64,000 nucleotides of DNA, taken from positions 318 to 64,317 of the forward strand of contig CAWIJI010000015.1 of NCBI GenBank assembly GCA_963836435.1, given 5' to 3'. How positions within the stretch are numbered: position 1 is the stretch's first letter; each line of letters starts with the position of its first letter. Below, piece by piece: positions 47,932 to 58,751 of the stretch. Both the position numbers and the translations under genes were made by a program. This DNA comes from an uncultured Acidobacteriota bacterium. Its GTDB lineage: Bacteria; Acidobacteriota; Terriglobia; 20CM-2-55-15. The notes under the pieces are model-generated. The model was not told the origin of the DNA, did no database searches, and was given only the letters and a program-made list of their open reading frames with translations.

Positions 47932-48119
47932 CAGATCATAGCGGTGGGGCCGACTGTACGCATCAATCCTTTCATGGGCGCACGTCTGGCACACTTCGGA
48001 AAGCAAACCGTGACAGTTCCATGGAGGCACGATGGAATACGCTCGCCTGATTCCGGGTTCGAGGTGCGCAACCCCGAATTCGCGATAGAATCTCTGCATT
48101 CTTTTTCCGAGGTCGAACG

Positions 48120-48627
48120 ATGCCTGAACTCAAGATTCGCGTGAATGAGCAGGAGCGCAATGTGACTGCCGCGCCCGACACGCCGCTGCTGTATGTGCTG
48201 ATGGACGAGTTGGAACTCAAAGGGCCGCGGTTCGGCTGCGGACTCGGCCAGTGCGGGTCGTGCTCGGTGTTGGTGAATGGCGTGGAAACGCGATCCTGCA
48301 TGACAAAGGTTGCCGACGTGACAGGAAAGTCCGTCACGACGCTGGAAGGGCTGCCCGCCTGGTATGCCGCGCAGAAAAAGCTTCGAAGGCGCCCGGCACT
48401 GCATCCCGTCCAGCAGGCCATGATCGACGAGCAGGCGCTGCAATGCGGCTACTGCTTCAACGGCATGATCATCAAAGCTTCGGAGCTGCTCTCGAAGACG
48501 CCCCAACCGACCGACGCGCAGATTCGCACGGCAATGAACGGACATCTATGCCGCTGCGGCACTTATCCGAGAATCCTGAAAGCCATTCCAGCGCGCTTCG
48601 CTAGCGATGAAGGGGGTGCCGAAATGA
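48120..48627 (+). CDS. (2Fe-2S)-binding small subunit (IorA/CoxS-like); 1-nt frameshift near the end
   Basis: GPRFGCGLGQCGSC, QCGYC, HLCRCGTY. A shifted frame ends at TGA 48625-48627, overlapping the next ATG. Confidence 0.88.
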
Positions 48628-50838
48628 GCACCCGACGAGAATTCCTCAAGACAGGCGGCGCACTGGTTGTCGGCTTCAGTCTCGGCGAAGGCGACGGGCT
48701 AGGCGCTCAGGGTCGGGGAGCGCGAGGAGCGGCGCCGGTCCCCGACCTGCGGCAGGTCGACACCTGGCTCGCGATCCACGCCGATAACACCGCGACCGTT
48801 TACATCGGATTCGCCGAGCTCGGCCAGGGCGCATCCACAGCGCTGCTGCAGATCGCGGCCGAAGAACTCGACCTGGACATGCCCCAGATCAATACGGTGC
48901 AGCTCGATACCAGACGTCACGCCCAATCAGGGCGGCACTTATTCCAGCGCGTCGATCAGCCGGGGGACCGCAGGTCCGCACCGCCGCGGCCGAAGCCCGG
49001 CTCGCGCTTCTGCAAGATCGCGTCGGCCAGACTCGCTGCGCCGCTGGAAGCCGCTGGCGGTTTCCAAGGGCGTGGTTACCGTCGCGGCAACCCGGCACGT
49101 TCGGTCACCTACGGCGAACTGATCGGCGACAAGCCTTCAACCTTGCCTTCACGGGGTCGGCTCCGGTAAAACCCGCGAGCGATTACAGGATCGTCGGCAA
49201 GCCCGCCGCGCGCAAGGACATGGCCGACAAAGTCGCGCGGCAACTATGCCTACATGCAGTACGTGCGCGTGCCGGGCATGCTGCACGGACGCATCGTTCG
49301 GCCGCGTGGCCAGGGCGCGTACGGTACGTCGCCAAGGTCCTGAGCGTCGACGAAGTCGTCGATCCGCGCGATTCCCGGCGCTGCGCGTGGTCCGCAAGGG
49401 GATTTCGTGGGCGTGGTCGCGGAAAAGGAATGGGATGCCGTGCGAGCCGCCCAACAATTGAAAGTCACGTGGGACACCAAGCCTTCATTGCCGGGAAGCG
49501 AGGCGCTTTACGAGCACATGCGCGCAGCCAAAACGCAGGAAGCAGCGTCCGTGAAAGCGGCAACGTGGCAGGCAGCGTTCAGCGGCGCCGCCCACGTCGC
49601 TTCCCAAAATGCCAGGGCCCCTATCAGGCTCACGCTCCGTTCGGGCCGAACTGCGCGATCGCCGACGTGAAGGCGGACTCGGCGCTGGTCATGTGCTCGA
49701 CGCAGGACATCTACAACCTGCGCACCGGCCTCGCCCGAATGCTCGAACCTGCGCAGCAGAAAAGATACGGGTCCGGTACTACGAAGGTTCAGGCACCTAC
49801 GGCCATAGTTGTCACGACGATGTGGCTCAGGCCGCTGTGATCCTGTCGCAGGAGTCGGCAAACCCGTTCGGTTGCAGTTCATGCGATGGGACGAGCACGG
49901 CTGGGACAACTACGGACCGGCGCATGTGGGCGAAGTTCGCGCGGCCGCCGATGCCGAAGGGAAAGATCGTCGCATACGAATATCACGGCTGGCAGCACAG
50001 CTGGAGCAATACCGAAACGTCCGATCAACTGGCGTTCGGGACGCCGGCGGCCGAGCGGCCCGGAATCGGAGCCCAGGGCATCAATCCCCTCACGCTCGGC
50101 TCGATGTACGACATTCCGAATCTCGCCTGATAAACCACAAGCTTCCGGGGCTCGAGTATCTGAAAGGTGCATGGTTGCGCTCGCCGCTGGATCTCTCGTT
50201 GTCGTTTGCATCGGAGCAGGCGATCGACCAGCTCGCCTATCTTCTCGAGATCGATCCCTGGGAATTCCGTCAGCGCAATATCAAGGATGCGCGCTGGCTG
50301 GGCGTTCTCAATGCTGCGGCACAGGCGGCAAAATGGACACCCCGCCGCGCGGCCTCCGGACTTTCAAACGCGAAAGTCGTGACCGGACGCGGTATCGGCG
50401 TCGGCACGCATCTCGCGTCGTACGGCGGCGCTGTCGCGGAAATCGAAGTCAACAAGGAGACCGGCCGGGTGGTCGCGAAACATCTTTATGGCGCGATCGA
50501 TGCCGGACTGGTCGTCAATCCCGGCATCGTCGAAGCGCAGATCACCGGACAACTGGTTCAGACCGCCAGCCGCATGTTCAAAGAGGAAGTGACCTTCAAT
50601 ACAACTAACGTCACAAGCCTGGACTGGGGCAGTTATCCGATCCTGCGCTTCGAAGAAACCCCCGAAGTTACACCGGTCGTCGTGCAACGTTTAGATGAAC
50701 GTTCCTCGGGGGCGGGCGAAGAAGTTATGGCCGCCTGCCGCGGCGGCGATCGCCAACGCGTTCTTCGATGCAACCGGAGTCCGGATGGAACGGTATCCCT
50801 TCACGCCCAGTCGCGTGCTGACCGCGATGAAGAAGTGA
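48624..50838 (+). CDS. Tat-exported molybdopterin-binding aldehyde/xanthine oxidoreductase large subunit (IorB-like), many frameshifts
   Basis: MSTRREFLKTGG Tat leader, ELGQGASTAL, YVRVPGMLHGR, HAPFGPNCAIADV, YYEGSGTYG, VRLQFMRWDEHGWD, WLRSP, SFASEQAIDQLA, GAIDAGLVVNP, YPILRF. Confidence 0.85.
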
Positions 50839-50854
50839 GCAAGGAGGACAAGCG

Positions 50855-51256
50855 TTGAACAGCGAAACATGGAGAGCCTCAACCGTTCTTGGTGTGCGGC
50901 ACGTCCGGCGGACGGCGGAGTACTGGCGGGATATACTCGGCTTCAGCCTGGACCCGGTTGACGGCGTGTTCCAGCCATCGCCGGACGAACCAGACGGCGT
51001 GTATGCCATCGTCAAGCGTTCCGGAGTCTGGGTCCACTTCCAGATTCGCCGTGATGACCTTGCGTTACGGCAACGGCCAGCGTTCGAAAGAGACGTGTAC
51101 TTCTACGTGGACGACGTCGCCGGCCTGCACCAGGAGCTTGAACGCCGCGGCGCGAAGATCCTGGCCGAACCACATATGGCTCCGCATGGAATCCGCGAGA
51201 TGGTCGTCGAAGATCTGAACGGCTTCAGGCTTGCGTTTGGCGAGCTGTCGCACTAG
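50855..51256 (+). CDS. VOC/glyoxalase/bleomycin-resistance family protein
   Basis: YWRDILGF, VYFYVDDV, PHGIREMVVEDLNGFRLAFGE. Confidence 0.85.
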   Translation: MNSETWRASTVLGVRHVRRTAEYWRDILGFSLDPVDGVFQPSPDEPDGVYAIVKRSGVWVHFQIRRDDLALRQRPAFERDVYFYVDDVAGLHQELERRGAKILAEPHMAPHGIREMVVEDLNGFRLAFGELSH

Positions 51257-51274
51257 CGGACCTGGCGAGACACG

Positions 51275-52339
51275 ATGAGTCTTCTTTTAAAATCGACGCT
51301 GATGATCGCGGCAATCCTGGCCGTTTGCTGGGTTGCAGCCGCTTCACAACAGGCGGCGCGGCCAGCCCGCCGGTCTCCGCAGACGCTGACCGTGGGCAAC
51401 ACTCTGGTACGCCGGCTCGATTACGCCCGTTTCAAGTCCAATATCCAGAAATTGGCCAGCTTCGGCACGCGGTTCTACAACACAAAGGGAAACGCTGATG
51501 CACGAAATTGGCTGCAGGCTGAATTGGAATTGTTCGGGTACAACGTGGAACGGCACAAGTTCGAAATCTCAGGCACAGAAGTGGACAGCCTCTACGTAAC
51601 CAAGATCGGCACCCGCTCGCCGAACAAGATGTACATTGTGTCGGCCCACATGGACAGCAACAATTACGATTCGCCCGATCGCTCATTCGCGCCGGGCGCC
51701 AACGACGATGCTTCGGGCAGCTCGATCGTCCTTGAAGCCGCCAGGGTCTTTGCCGGCCAGGACGTGAAGACGGAGGTCTCCGTCCGCTTCATTCTCTGGA
51801 ACGCAGAAGAACAGGGCATGGTTGGTTCTGGCGCCTATGTTCGCGACCGGCGCGGATCACAGGGAATTGAAGCGCCGCGCGGTTCCGGACATTATCCAGA
51901 GCCCACGTGGCTGGGTATGATCCAGCACGACATGATGATGTTCGATCACGGCCTGCCGCCTGGCGATCGGCAGATTCCCGGGGCAGATGTGGATATTGAG
52001 TACGCCGCTGGTGCGGATTTTGGAGGAAAGGCGCTGGACCTCGCCCGCATCTTTCTCAAGGCAAACCCTCAGTACTCCACAGACTACCCGGCGCAGATTG
52101 GCGATGCCATGCAGCAGACCGACTCCGCCCCGTTCGCGCCGTATACTGCCGCGATCAGTCTTCGCGAAAACCGCCGTGGATCCGAAATCGGCAATGGCTC
52201 CAACCCGAACCACCACCGGAGCAGCGATACTTACGAGAACTACCGGGACGAAGATTTTCGACTGGGGTTCAACGCGCTACAGATGACGGTGGGTGCCATA
52301 TCCGAACTTACCGCGGCCGGCGGCCCACCGATTCGCTAA
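51275..52339 (+). CDS. Exported M28-family metallopeptidase
   Basis: VSAHMDS, PGANDDASG, WNAEEQG, QHDMMM, TDSAPF, PNHH...D. Confidence 0.85.
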   Translation: MSLLLKSTLMIAAILAVCWVAAASQQAARPARRSPQTLTVGNTLVRRLDYARFKSNIQKLASFGTRFYNTKGNADARNWLQAELELFGYNVERHKFEISGTEVDSLYVTKIGTRSPNKMYIVSAHMDSNNYDSPDRSFAPGANDDASGSSIVLEAARVFAGQDVKTEVSVRFILWNAEEQGMVGSGAYVRDRRGSQGIEAPRGSGHYPEPTWLGMIQHDMMMFDHGLPPGDRQIPGADVDIEYAAGADFGGKALDLARIFLKANPQYSTDYPAQIGDAMQQTDSAPFAPYTAAISLRENRRGSEIGNGSNPNHHRSSDTYENYRDEDFRLGFNALQMTVGAISELTAAGGPPIR

Positions 52340-52492
52340 TGCTAATCCGGAGAGGGTCAGGCAATGTGGGCGATTGAGGGATCCCTTCATCGTCGGCACC
52401 GATGGCGTGCAGCGCTGCTTCACCGCGATGACCAAGTGCGCTCTCGCCTCGAAACTGTGGGGGCGAAATAACTTCGGCAGGGCGAGGCGGAT

Positions 52493-52838
52493 CTAGCTCG
52501 TTATGCCGGGCATAACGAGAATTTTGTTCCCGCAAGCCATAACGGGCCAGGCGCCGAAGGCGCCCTGGAGTTTAGTTAGACATTCTAGCCCCGGGTGGAG
52601 CGCAGCGACACCCGGGGTTCATCTCACGAGGGGCGTTCGCACCCCGGCAGGCCCCGGCAGGGGTGCGAGGAATCCCTGCACCCCTGCCGGGGTGCGAACA
52701 TCTCCGTTACGGCAACCCCGGGTTGCGCTCGCTTCGCTCGCTTAACCCGGGGCTAAATTCTCAGCACGCCTCCGGCGTGCTAGCGCCGAAGGCGCCGCGC
52801 AAGCGCCCGACCCGGGGTCCGGGGCAGAGCCCCGTCTA
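52493..52838 (+). repeat. Composite repeat D: family 1 element (52565-52782) nested inside family 2
   Basis: Family 2 left half, GCGCCGAAGGCGCC (52551-52564), 218-bp family 1 insert, GCGCCGAAGGCGCC (52783-52796), family 2 right half. Confidence 0.9.
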
Positions 52839-54093
52839 CCTGGACTCCGCGGCCCCAACCGGCCGGTAGTCGATCTGATCCGCCTGCTCGAAAATCCTGC
52901 CGGCCGGATTGAAGATCTGATTCAGCAACAAGCCCACGAAGAGGAGTGCGGAGAACCCCGTGGCAAGAGCGAAGCCATAAATCGGACCGCCCATGGCGTC
53001 GCTGACTGCGCCCATCGCCAGCGGAGCCAGCACAGCCGAAATGCAGGTATAGAAGAGAATCACTCCTGCGGCGGCACCGTGCTCCGACTTCGGCACGCAA
53101 CTGATGCCCTTGGAATTGATCGTCGGATAGATCACGGACATGAACAGTCCGGACAAGGGTAAGGAATAGACGGCCCAGCGCACGCCACCGGCAATGCTGA
53201 TTGCGAAACATGCCAGGATCAGTCCGCTGCAGATGGTCAGAACCGAGGTCCACGAAAGCTCGGTTCAGCATCCAGGCGCCCAGGAATCGTCCGCCGGCGC
53301 GGAGCAGAAAGAAAATCGAGATGCTGTAGACGGCGATCCATTTCCCGGCACCGCTGTAGTCCGCCAGGAGCGTCGGCATCCACACATAGATCGCGGCTTC
53401 AACCGCGACATAAAGAAATGCTCCCAGCGAGAACAACAGAACGAAGCGGTTCTTCATCACCGCCATGATGGACTCAGATCCGTGTGTTCCGCCGCTGCCG
53501 AAGCCCGCTTGGGGTACTGAGCTCCAGATGCAGTCAGAATCAGCAGGACGCACATACTGCCCGCGATCACGTACAGCCAGTGCCATGGAACGCTGCGATT
53601 CAACAACTGAGCCAGAACGGCCGGGCCCAAGATCGAACCAATGCCGAAAAAGCCTTCGACCCAGTTCATGATCGAGGTGTGTTCCGCGGTCGATCTCGAG
53701 ATGTCGCCGATAAGCGCGAGCGCACCGGTCTTGAAGATACCGATGGCGATGCCGGAAAGAGCCATCAGCACGCAGAAAAACAGAAACGAGCTTCCCGCGA
53801 GGAAGAGGTACGAGGAGGCGGCGAAAAGCGTCAGGCCGGTGACGAATGGTCGTTTTCCTTCCGTACCGGTCCGCCAGGTGACCAAGGAAAAAGCCGGCCA
53901 TCGCGATGCCCGCCATCGTGGCGTATTGAAACGTTCCCGCTGCGGTCAGGCTCAATCGGAACGTCTTCACGATTTCCGGAATGATGATGCCGACCGAGTC
54001 GGTAGTCATGGCAAACATCGCGAACATCAGATAGGTCAGGATCTTGAGGGCCGTCATGTTCAAACGGCTGCCCGAGCCGGCCGGCTGCATCAT
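52836..54093 (-). CDS. MFS sugar transporter (FucP/GluP-like), frameshifted
   Basis: FAMTTDSVGIIIP, LADRYGRK, GIFKTGALALIG, EGFFGIG, YVAVEAAIYVW, FMSVIYPTINSKGI across three frames. Confidence 0.8.
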
Positions 54094-55598
54094 GGCGCGA
54101 TCTCCTGCGACGCACCGGGCGATGAGAACAAGCCGCCGTTCTCCGGCGTCGCCGGAAGACTGTGGCGCCGTGCATCGCCTTCAAGTCGACTTCCAGGCGA
54201 GCCCACTGACTGCCGTTCCGCCACTCGATCAGAGATCTCGTGGTCCGCGCTGGGCAGCAGACGAAACTCTCCCGCGAATGCGGGATGCGTGTTGCGGAAC
54301 CGGATCAAATCGAAGAGCGTCTCGAACGACAGGACGCGTGAGCTCGGAGTCGATCTTCGCGGGCTGGTAGTAATGGCGGTTGATGTCGCGGCCTACACCG
54401 GTACGGCGCAGCAGGTCCAGATCATTCGCGCCCGCCAGCAGTCCCACGTAGTAGACCTGCGGCATTCCCGGCGCGAAGAACTGAAGAGCGCGGGCGATCA
54501 GGTACTCTTCATCGCGCCGCCCAAGCGCGTCATAGTAGGTGCAATTGACTTGATACAGGTCCAGGTTGTTCGCTGCGGCTCCGGTCGCCTGGCGGCTTTC
54601 GCCGTTGCTCCGCGCGTGAATCGTTTCGACGAGATTGTCGATCTCCTCCGCGATCAGCAACCCGGGCAGGAGCTCTTGGCTCTTCCGCGATCCGGCCCGA
54701 CATCGATGACGCCGATTCCGTCGTGCGTGTCGAGCACGGTGACTGCAGTTCCGAGGGCTGATGCTCAGCCAATGTTTCAAGCGCGCGGCGCGTGCGCGTG
54801 TACAAAGCGTGCAGCACCAGAGGCGGCAGAGCGAAATCGTAAACCCAGTCGACCTGCTTGGCGATTTGATCTGATCCTGGTAGTGGCCGTGGATCTCCAC
54901 CAGCACTTCGATTTCCAGCGCGTGGGCCTGCGCCGTGAGCTCCGCGATGAAGTCGAAGGTCTCCGGGATCATGAAACAACTGGTGCCCGGTTTCTTGATC
55001 GCGTATCCTGCGGCATCCAGGCGGATCGCGCGAATGCCGGCGGCCTGAAACTGCTCAGGATCTGGTCCAGATAGACCTTGCCCGCAGACGAGCGGACATC
55101 GATATCGATTTGCTCGGGCGTGAAAGTGGTCCAGAGCAGACGTTCCGCTGCCGTCATCCATTGCGCGTCTTCGTGAACGGAAGGCTCGGGCGCGGGCGAT
55201 AGATCTGGAGCAGATCGACTTCGGTCGCTCCTTTCGGAAAGACACGTCCGTAAGTCAGGAACAGGCCGGCGTAGGGCGAGGCGTCGCCGTGTCCTGCGCA
55301 AGTCCTCGAATTGCGGCGACCGGATGGAGACGTGGTTGACGATCAGGTCGGCCATCAGATCCCTGCCCTGGGCCAGCGCGACGCACGTCGTTCCACGAGC
55401 CCAAGCCGCGGAATCCGGTTGCGTGTGGTCGATCGGATCGAAGCCGGCATCGGCGCCGTCGATCGGCCAGAAGAAGGGCAGGAGATGCGCGCCGCCGAAC
55501 AACCCGGCAAGGGGTCCATCGAGCAGATCCTGGAGTGCGCGAAATCCGCCGCCGGAGAAGCGGTCGACGTAGGTGATGAGTTGGACCTGATTTCTCAC
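54090..55598 (-). CDS. gtfA: Sucrose phosphorylase (GH13_18), frameshifted
   Basis: MRNQVQLITYVDR, HLLPFF, ADAGFDPIDH, DLIVNH, LWTTFTPEQIDID, IRLDAAGYAIK, EIHGHY, VLDTHDGIG (shifted), NLDLYQVNCTYYDAL, PQVYYVGLLAG, GRDINRH. Confidence 0.88.
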
Positions 55599-56498
55599 GC
55601 ACTCCTTCGTCTAAGCTTCACAGCCTCTTCCAGGGTCCAGTCGGGGATTGCGCCGTGACGGCTGGCGACCAGCGCGCCGACGCGATTCGCAAACGAGGCG
55701 ATTTCGGCCGCGGGCCAGTTCAGGCTGAGTCCGTGCATGAACGCGGCAGCGAAAGCGTCGCCGGCCCCAACGGGATCGACGACATCTACCGGGTGTCCGG
55801 CCGCTTCGACATAATGCCCGTCGGCGAGGATGGCGCAGCCGCCGTCTCCCAGCGTGACGGCTACGGCCTTCCACCCGTAACGAACGGCAGCCTCTCGGCA
55901 AAATGTCTCGCACGTACAAGGGAAGTCCCGAGAATTCGTGCACTCGCTGCAGTTCCTCCTCGTTGAGCTTCACAACGTCTGCCCATTGCATGAGTCGATT
56001 CACCAGTGCCGGCGAATCGCAGCCCGGCCGGAGGTTCAAGTCATAGAACTTCACGGTTTCGTCCAACCTGGCCAGGAGCCGTTCCAGTATCGTTTTGCCC
56101 TGATGGGTCGAGGCAAACAGCGTCCCGTAATAAAGCCATCCCGGGGCCTCGCGACTGAGGCTTTCGATATCGCTATCGGAAATCCGGATGGCGTCATAGG
56201 CCGCGGGACGTGGGATGTAGAAGTGCGTCTTGCCTCCAGGGACGAGTTCGACGGTGGCGGTTCCCGTTGGAAACGCGGAGGTAAATTGAAGAAAGGTCGT
56301 ATCGATTTGAAGTGCGGCGATCCGCTCGGCCGCTTGCCGGCCGAGTTCGTCCACGCCAACCGCGCTGATCAGGCAAACGTCATGCCCTAACCGCTTCGCG
56401 TGGACCGCAAAGTTCAGGGGCGCACCGCCCAGGCCGCTGGAGTGCGGGAAAATGTCCCAAAGTACTTCGCCCAGGGCGACGACGCGGCGTCGCTCCAT
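55595..56498 (-). CDS. PfkB-family carbohydrate kinase (fructokinase-like), frameshifted
   Basis: GEVLWD, GGAPLNFA, VGVDELG, PTGTATV, YDLNLRP, KLNEEE, then VTLGDGG and DPVGAGDAF in the shifted frame; ends in a GTGA overlap with the next gene. Confidence 0.88.
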
Positions 56499-56577
56499 AA
56501 TCTGTAAAGACAGGTTTACGTCAGATGGACAATCAGGTTTCACGGGATCGCTACTATTCGCGTTTAAAGAAGAGCTG

Positions 56578-57684
56578 TCAATTTTTCTTTTTCCGCGCAC
56601 CGCAGGAATCGCGAACCACGAGATGGAAGTTCAGCAGAATATCCCGTGCGGGCAGTTTCGGATCCCGTACGCGCTCGATCATGGCACTGACGGCAATAGC
56701 ACCCATGATTGCGCATGGCTGATGAATGGTCGTCAACGGAACTGACAAGAGACTGGCGTATTTCACATCGTCAATGCCTGCCATTTGCACCTCGTCCGGA
56801 ACGGAGACGCCCAAATCGGTCAGTGTTCTTAACAGGCGCGCAGCCGTGAAATCGTTGGCGCAGACGAAGCCTTCAGGACGGAGACGTTGCAGAATCTTTT
56901 TGACCTGGACCTGATCCTCCGGGTCAACGCGGCACACCTGCGGCCCGCCTTTGAGCTTTGCATCGGCGACCGCTTCCCGATAGCCGGCGATACGCGCATC
57001 GACTGTCGGCGCGGAGCCGGGGCGGCCGAGAAACACGACGTTGCGGCACCCACAGCGGATGAGGTGCTGGGTGACCACATAGCCGGCCCTGCGGTTATCG
57101 ATACCGACCAGATCGTAGCGGCTCCGTTCCGGATACGAGACCAGATCGCGGTCGAGCAGAACTACGGGAATCCCGGCCTTGTCGAGTGCCTCGGCGATGC
57201 CCCGGTTGATGGCATCTTTTTGAGGCGTCATTTCCAGCGGAGCGAAGAAGACGCCCGACACCCGCTTGGCAATCAACTGACGGCAGGCTTGAGAGGCCTG
57301 CTGTTCCATGTTTGCTTCGTCCCCCAGCGAGCTGCCCCAAAGCAAAACGTGGTGGCCGCCATGCTGGGCTTCTGCCATGCCACGGCAAAGCGGCTCAAAA
57401 ATCTCGGTTCGTCCCAGTTCCGGGATCAGGAGGCCAAACGTATACCCCCTCGCGACAGAATCGACGCGCACGTAACTGCCCGACCCTGCCCGGCGCTCGA
57501 TTGCCCCGGACAACTGCAGTTCCCTCAATGCACGGATTACCGTGGGTCGCGAAGCAGCAAACGTCTTCACAAGATCCGATTCACTGGGAAGGCGCTGCCC
57601 CGGCTGATACTCGCCGGATGCGATGGCATCGGAGAGACTTTGCCGGATAATCTCGTATTTTGGGGAGGCCTCTTGCGAACTCAT
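56578..57684 (-). CDS. GntR-wHTH + LacI-type sugar-binding hybrid regulator (AraR-like)
   Basis: YQPGQRLPSESDL...SRPTVIRAL...RRAGSGSYV, then GIDNRRAG, FVCAND, GIDD, LTTIHQP. Confidence 0.88.
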   Translation of the reverse strand: MSSQEASPKYEIIRQSLSDAIASGEYQPGQRLPSESDLVKTFAASRPTVIRALRELQLSGAIERRAGSGSYVRVDSVARGYTFGLLIPELGRTEIFEPLCRGMAEAQHGGHHVLLWGSSLGDEANMEQQASQACRQLIAKRVSGVFFAPLEMTPQKDAINRGIAEALDKAGIPVVLLDRDLVSYPERSRYDLVGIDNRRAGYVVTQHLIRCGCRNVVFLGRPGSAPTVDARIAGYREAVADAKLKGGPQVCRVDPEDQVQVKKILQRLRPEGFVCANDFTAARLLRTLTDLGVSVPDEVQMAGIDDVKYASLLSVPLTTIHQPCAIMGAIAVSAMIERVRDPKLPARDILLNFHLVVRDSCGARKKKN

Positions 57685-57751
57685 CGCCTGATAGTACAGG
57701 CCAGTATCGGCCCCTGAAAGCGGAGGGATGGCGCGATAGACGCGGTGGCGC

Positions 57752-58726
57752 TCACCGGCCCGCTTCCGGTATCCACTTGTGCCGGGCCATGAATCGCAGC
57801 GCCTGTTCGGGCCACTCCTTGATCGTCTCGTCGTTCAGATTCGTGCCCATCCCAAAGCCGTGAGGACCGTTCTCCAGAATGTGCATTTCCGCGGAGACTC
57901 CCGCCTGGAGACAAGCCTCGTAAAACAACAGCGAGTTTTTCACAGGGACCAGCCGGTCGTTCGTGCCGTGGACCAGGAACACCGGCGGGGTGTCCCGAGT
58001 GACGTGCTTTTGGGGTGACAAGAGATCGTACAGGGCCGGGTTATCCTGCGTCAGGTTGGTTCGGGAGCCTCGATGGGTGACCGCGTCGTCCGTCAGATCA
58101 ATGACCGGATAAAGGAGGAGTGCGAAGGCCGGCCTGGCACTCAACCCATCCGTCGCGTCCGCGACGTAGGGGCTCTCCGGCTGCAGTTTGTTGTCGTACA
58201 GAGTGGCCAGCAATGCTGCCAGATGCCCACCCGCCGAGCCGCCGAGGACACCAACCTTGGCCGGATCCACGTGATACTCCTGAGCGTGGGCCCGGATGAG
58301 CCGCAGCGCGCGTTGGGCATCCAGGAGGGTCGTGGGATAGTGATAGCGCGGCCCGTGCCGATAACGCAGGACGAATGCTGCGACGTTGTGCGACAGAAAG
58401 AACCTTGCCGGCTCCGGTCCTTCACCCGGTACCGTCAACATCTGATACCCGCCACCCGGCAGGATAAGCACCCCGGCCCCCGTGGCCTTGTCCGGTTCCG
58501 GAATATACACATCCAGCGTCGGCTCCGTGGGGTCCAGCTCCGTCTCCCGGCCGGCGACGACGTTGGGCGTCGTGCCGTACAGCTTGATGCGCGGCACGTT
58601 ATCGGTGGCCCGCGCAGCCGACACGGCCGCCTGGGTCGCCGCGGCCGCGCCGGGCATAGAGACAAGCGTCGCGCATGTTAGCGCCCCGAGAAACAACAAC
58701 GTCCCGGCAATCCAAGTTCGACGCAT
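57752..58726 (-). CDS. Exported alpha/beta hydrolase (acetyl/feruloyl esterase-like)
   Basis: Signal peptide; LPGGGY, GGSAGGH, HGTND, GPHGFG. Confidence 0.85.
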   Translation of the reverse strand: MRRTWIAGTLLFLGALTCATLVSMPGAAAATQAAVSAARATDNVPRIKLYGTTPNVVAGRETELDPTEPTLDVYIPEPDKATGAGVLILPGGGYQMLTVPGEGPEPARFFLSHNVAAFVLRYRHGPRYHYPTTLLDAQRALRLIRAHAQEYHVDPAKVGVLGGSAGGHLAALLATLYDNKLQPESPYVADATDGLSARPAFALLLYPVIDLTDDAVTHRGSRTNLTQDNPALYDLLSPQKHVTRDTPPVFLVHGTNDRLVPVKNSLLFYEACLQAGVSAEMHILENGPHGFGMGTNLNDETIKEWPEQALRFMARHKWIPEAGR

Positions 58727-58751
58727 GAAAGAAATCCTCCTAACCGTTCGC

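Noticed and set aside
48120-49169. Apparent fusion of the 2Fe-2S subunit with the Mo large subunit
   Set aside because: Removing one base near 48587 ends the small subunit at TGA 48625-48627, overlapping the ATG of a Tat-leader-bearing large subunit.
11786-52838. Repeat copies as a CRISPR array or an intact IS
   Set aside because: Copies are dispersed with no regular repeat-spacer period, no cas genes and no transposase ORF.
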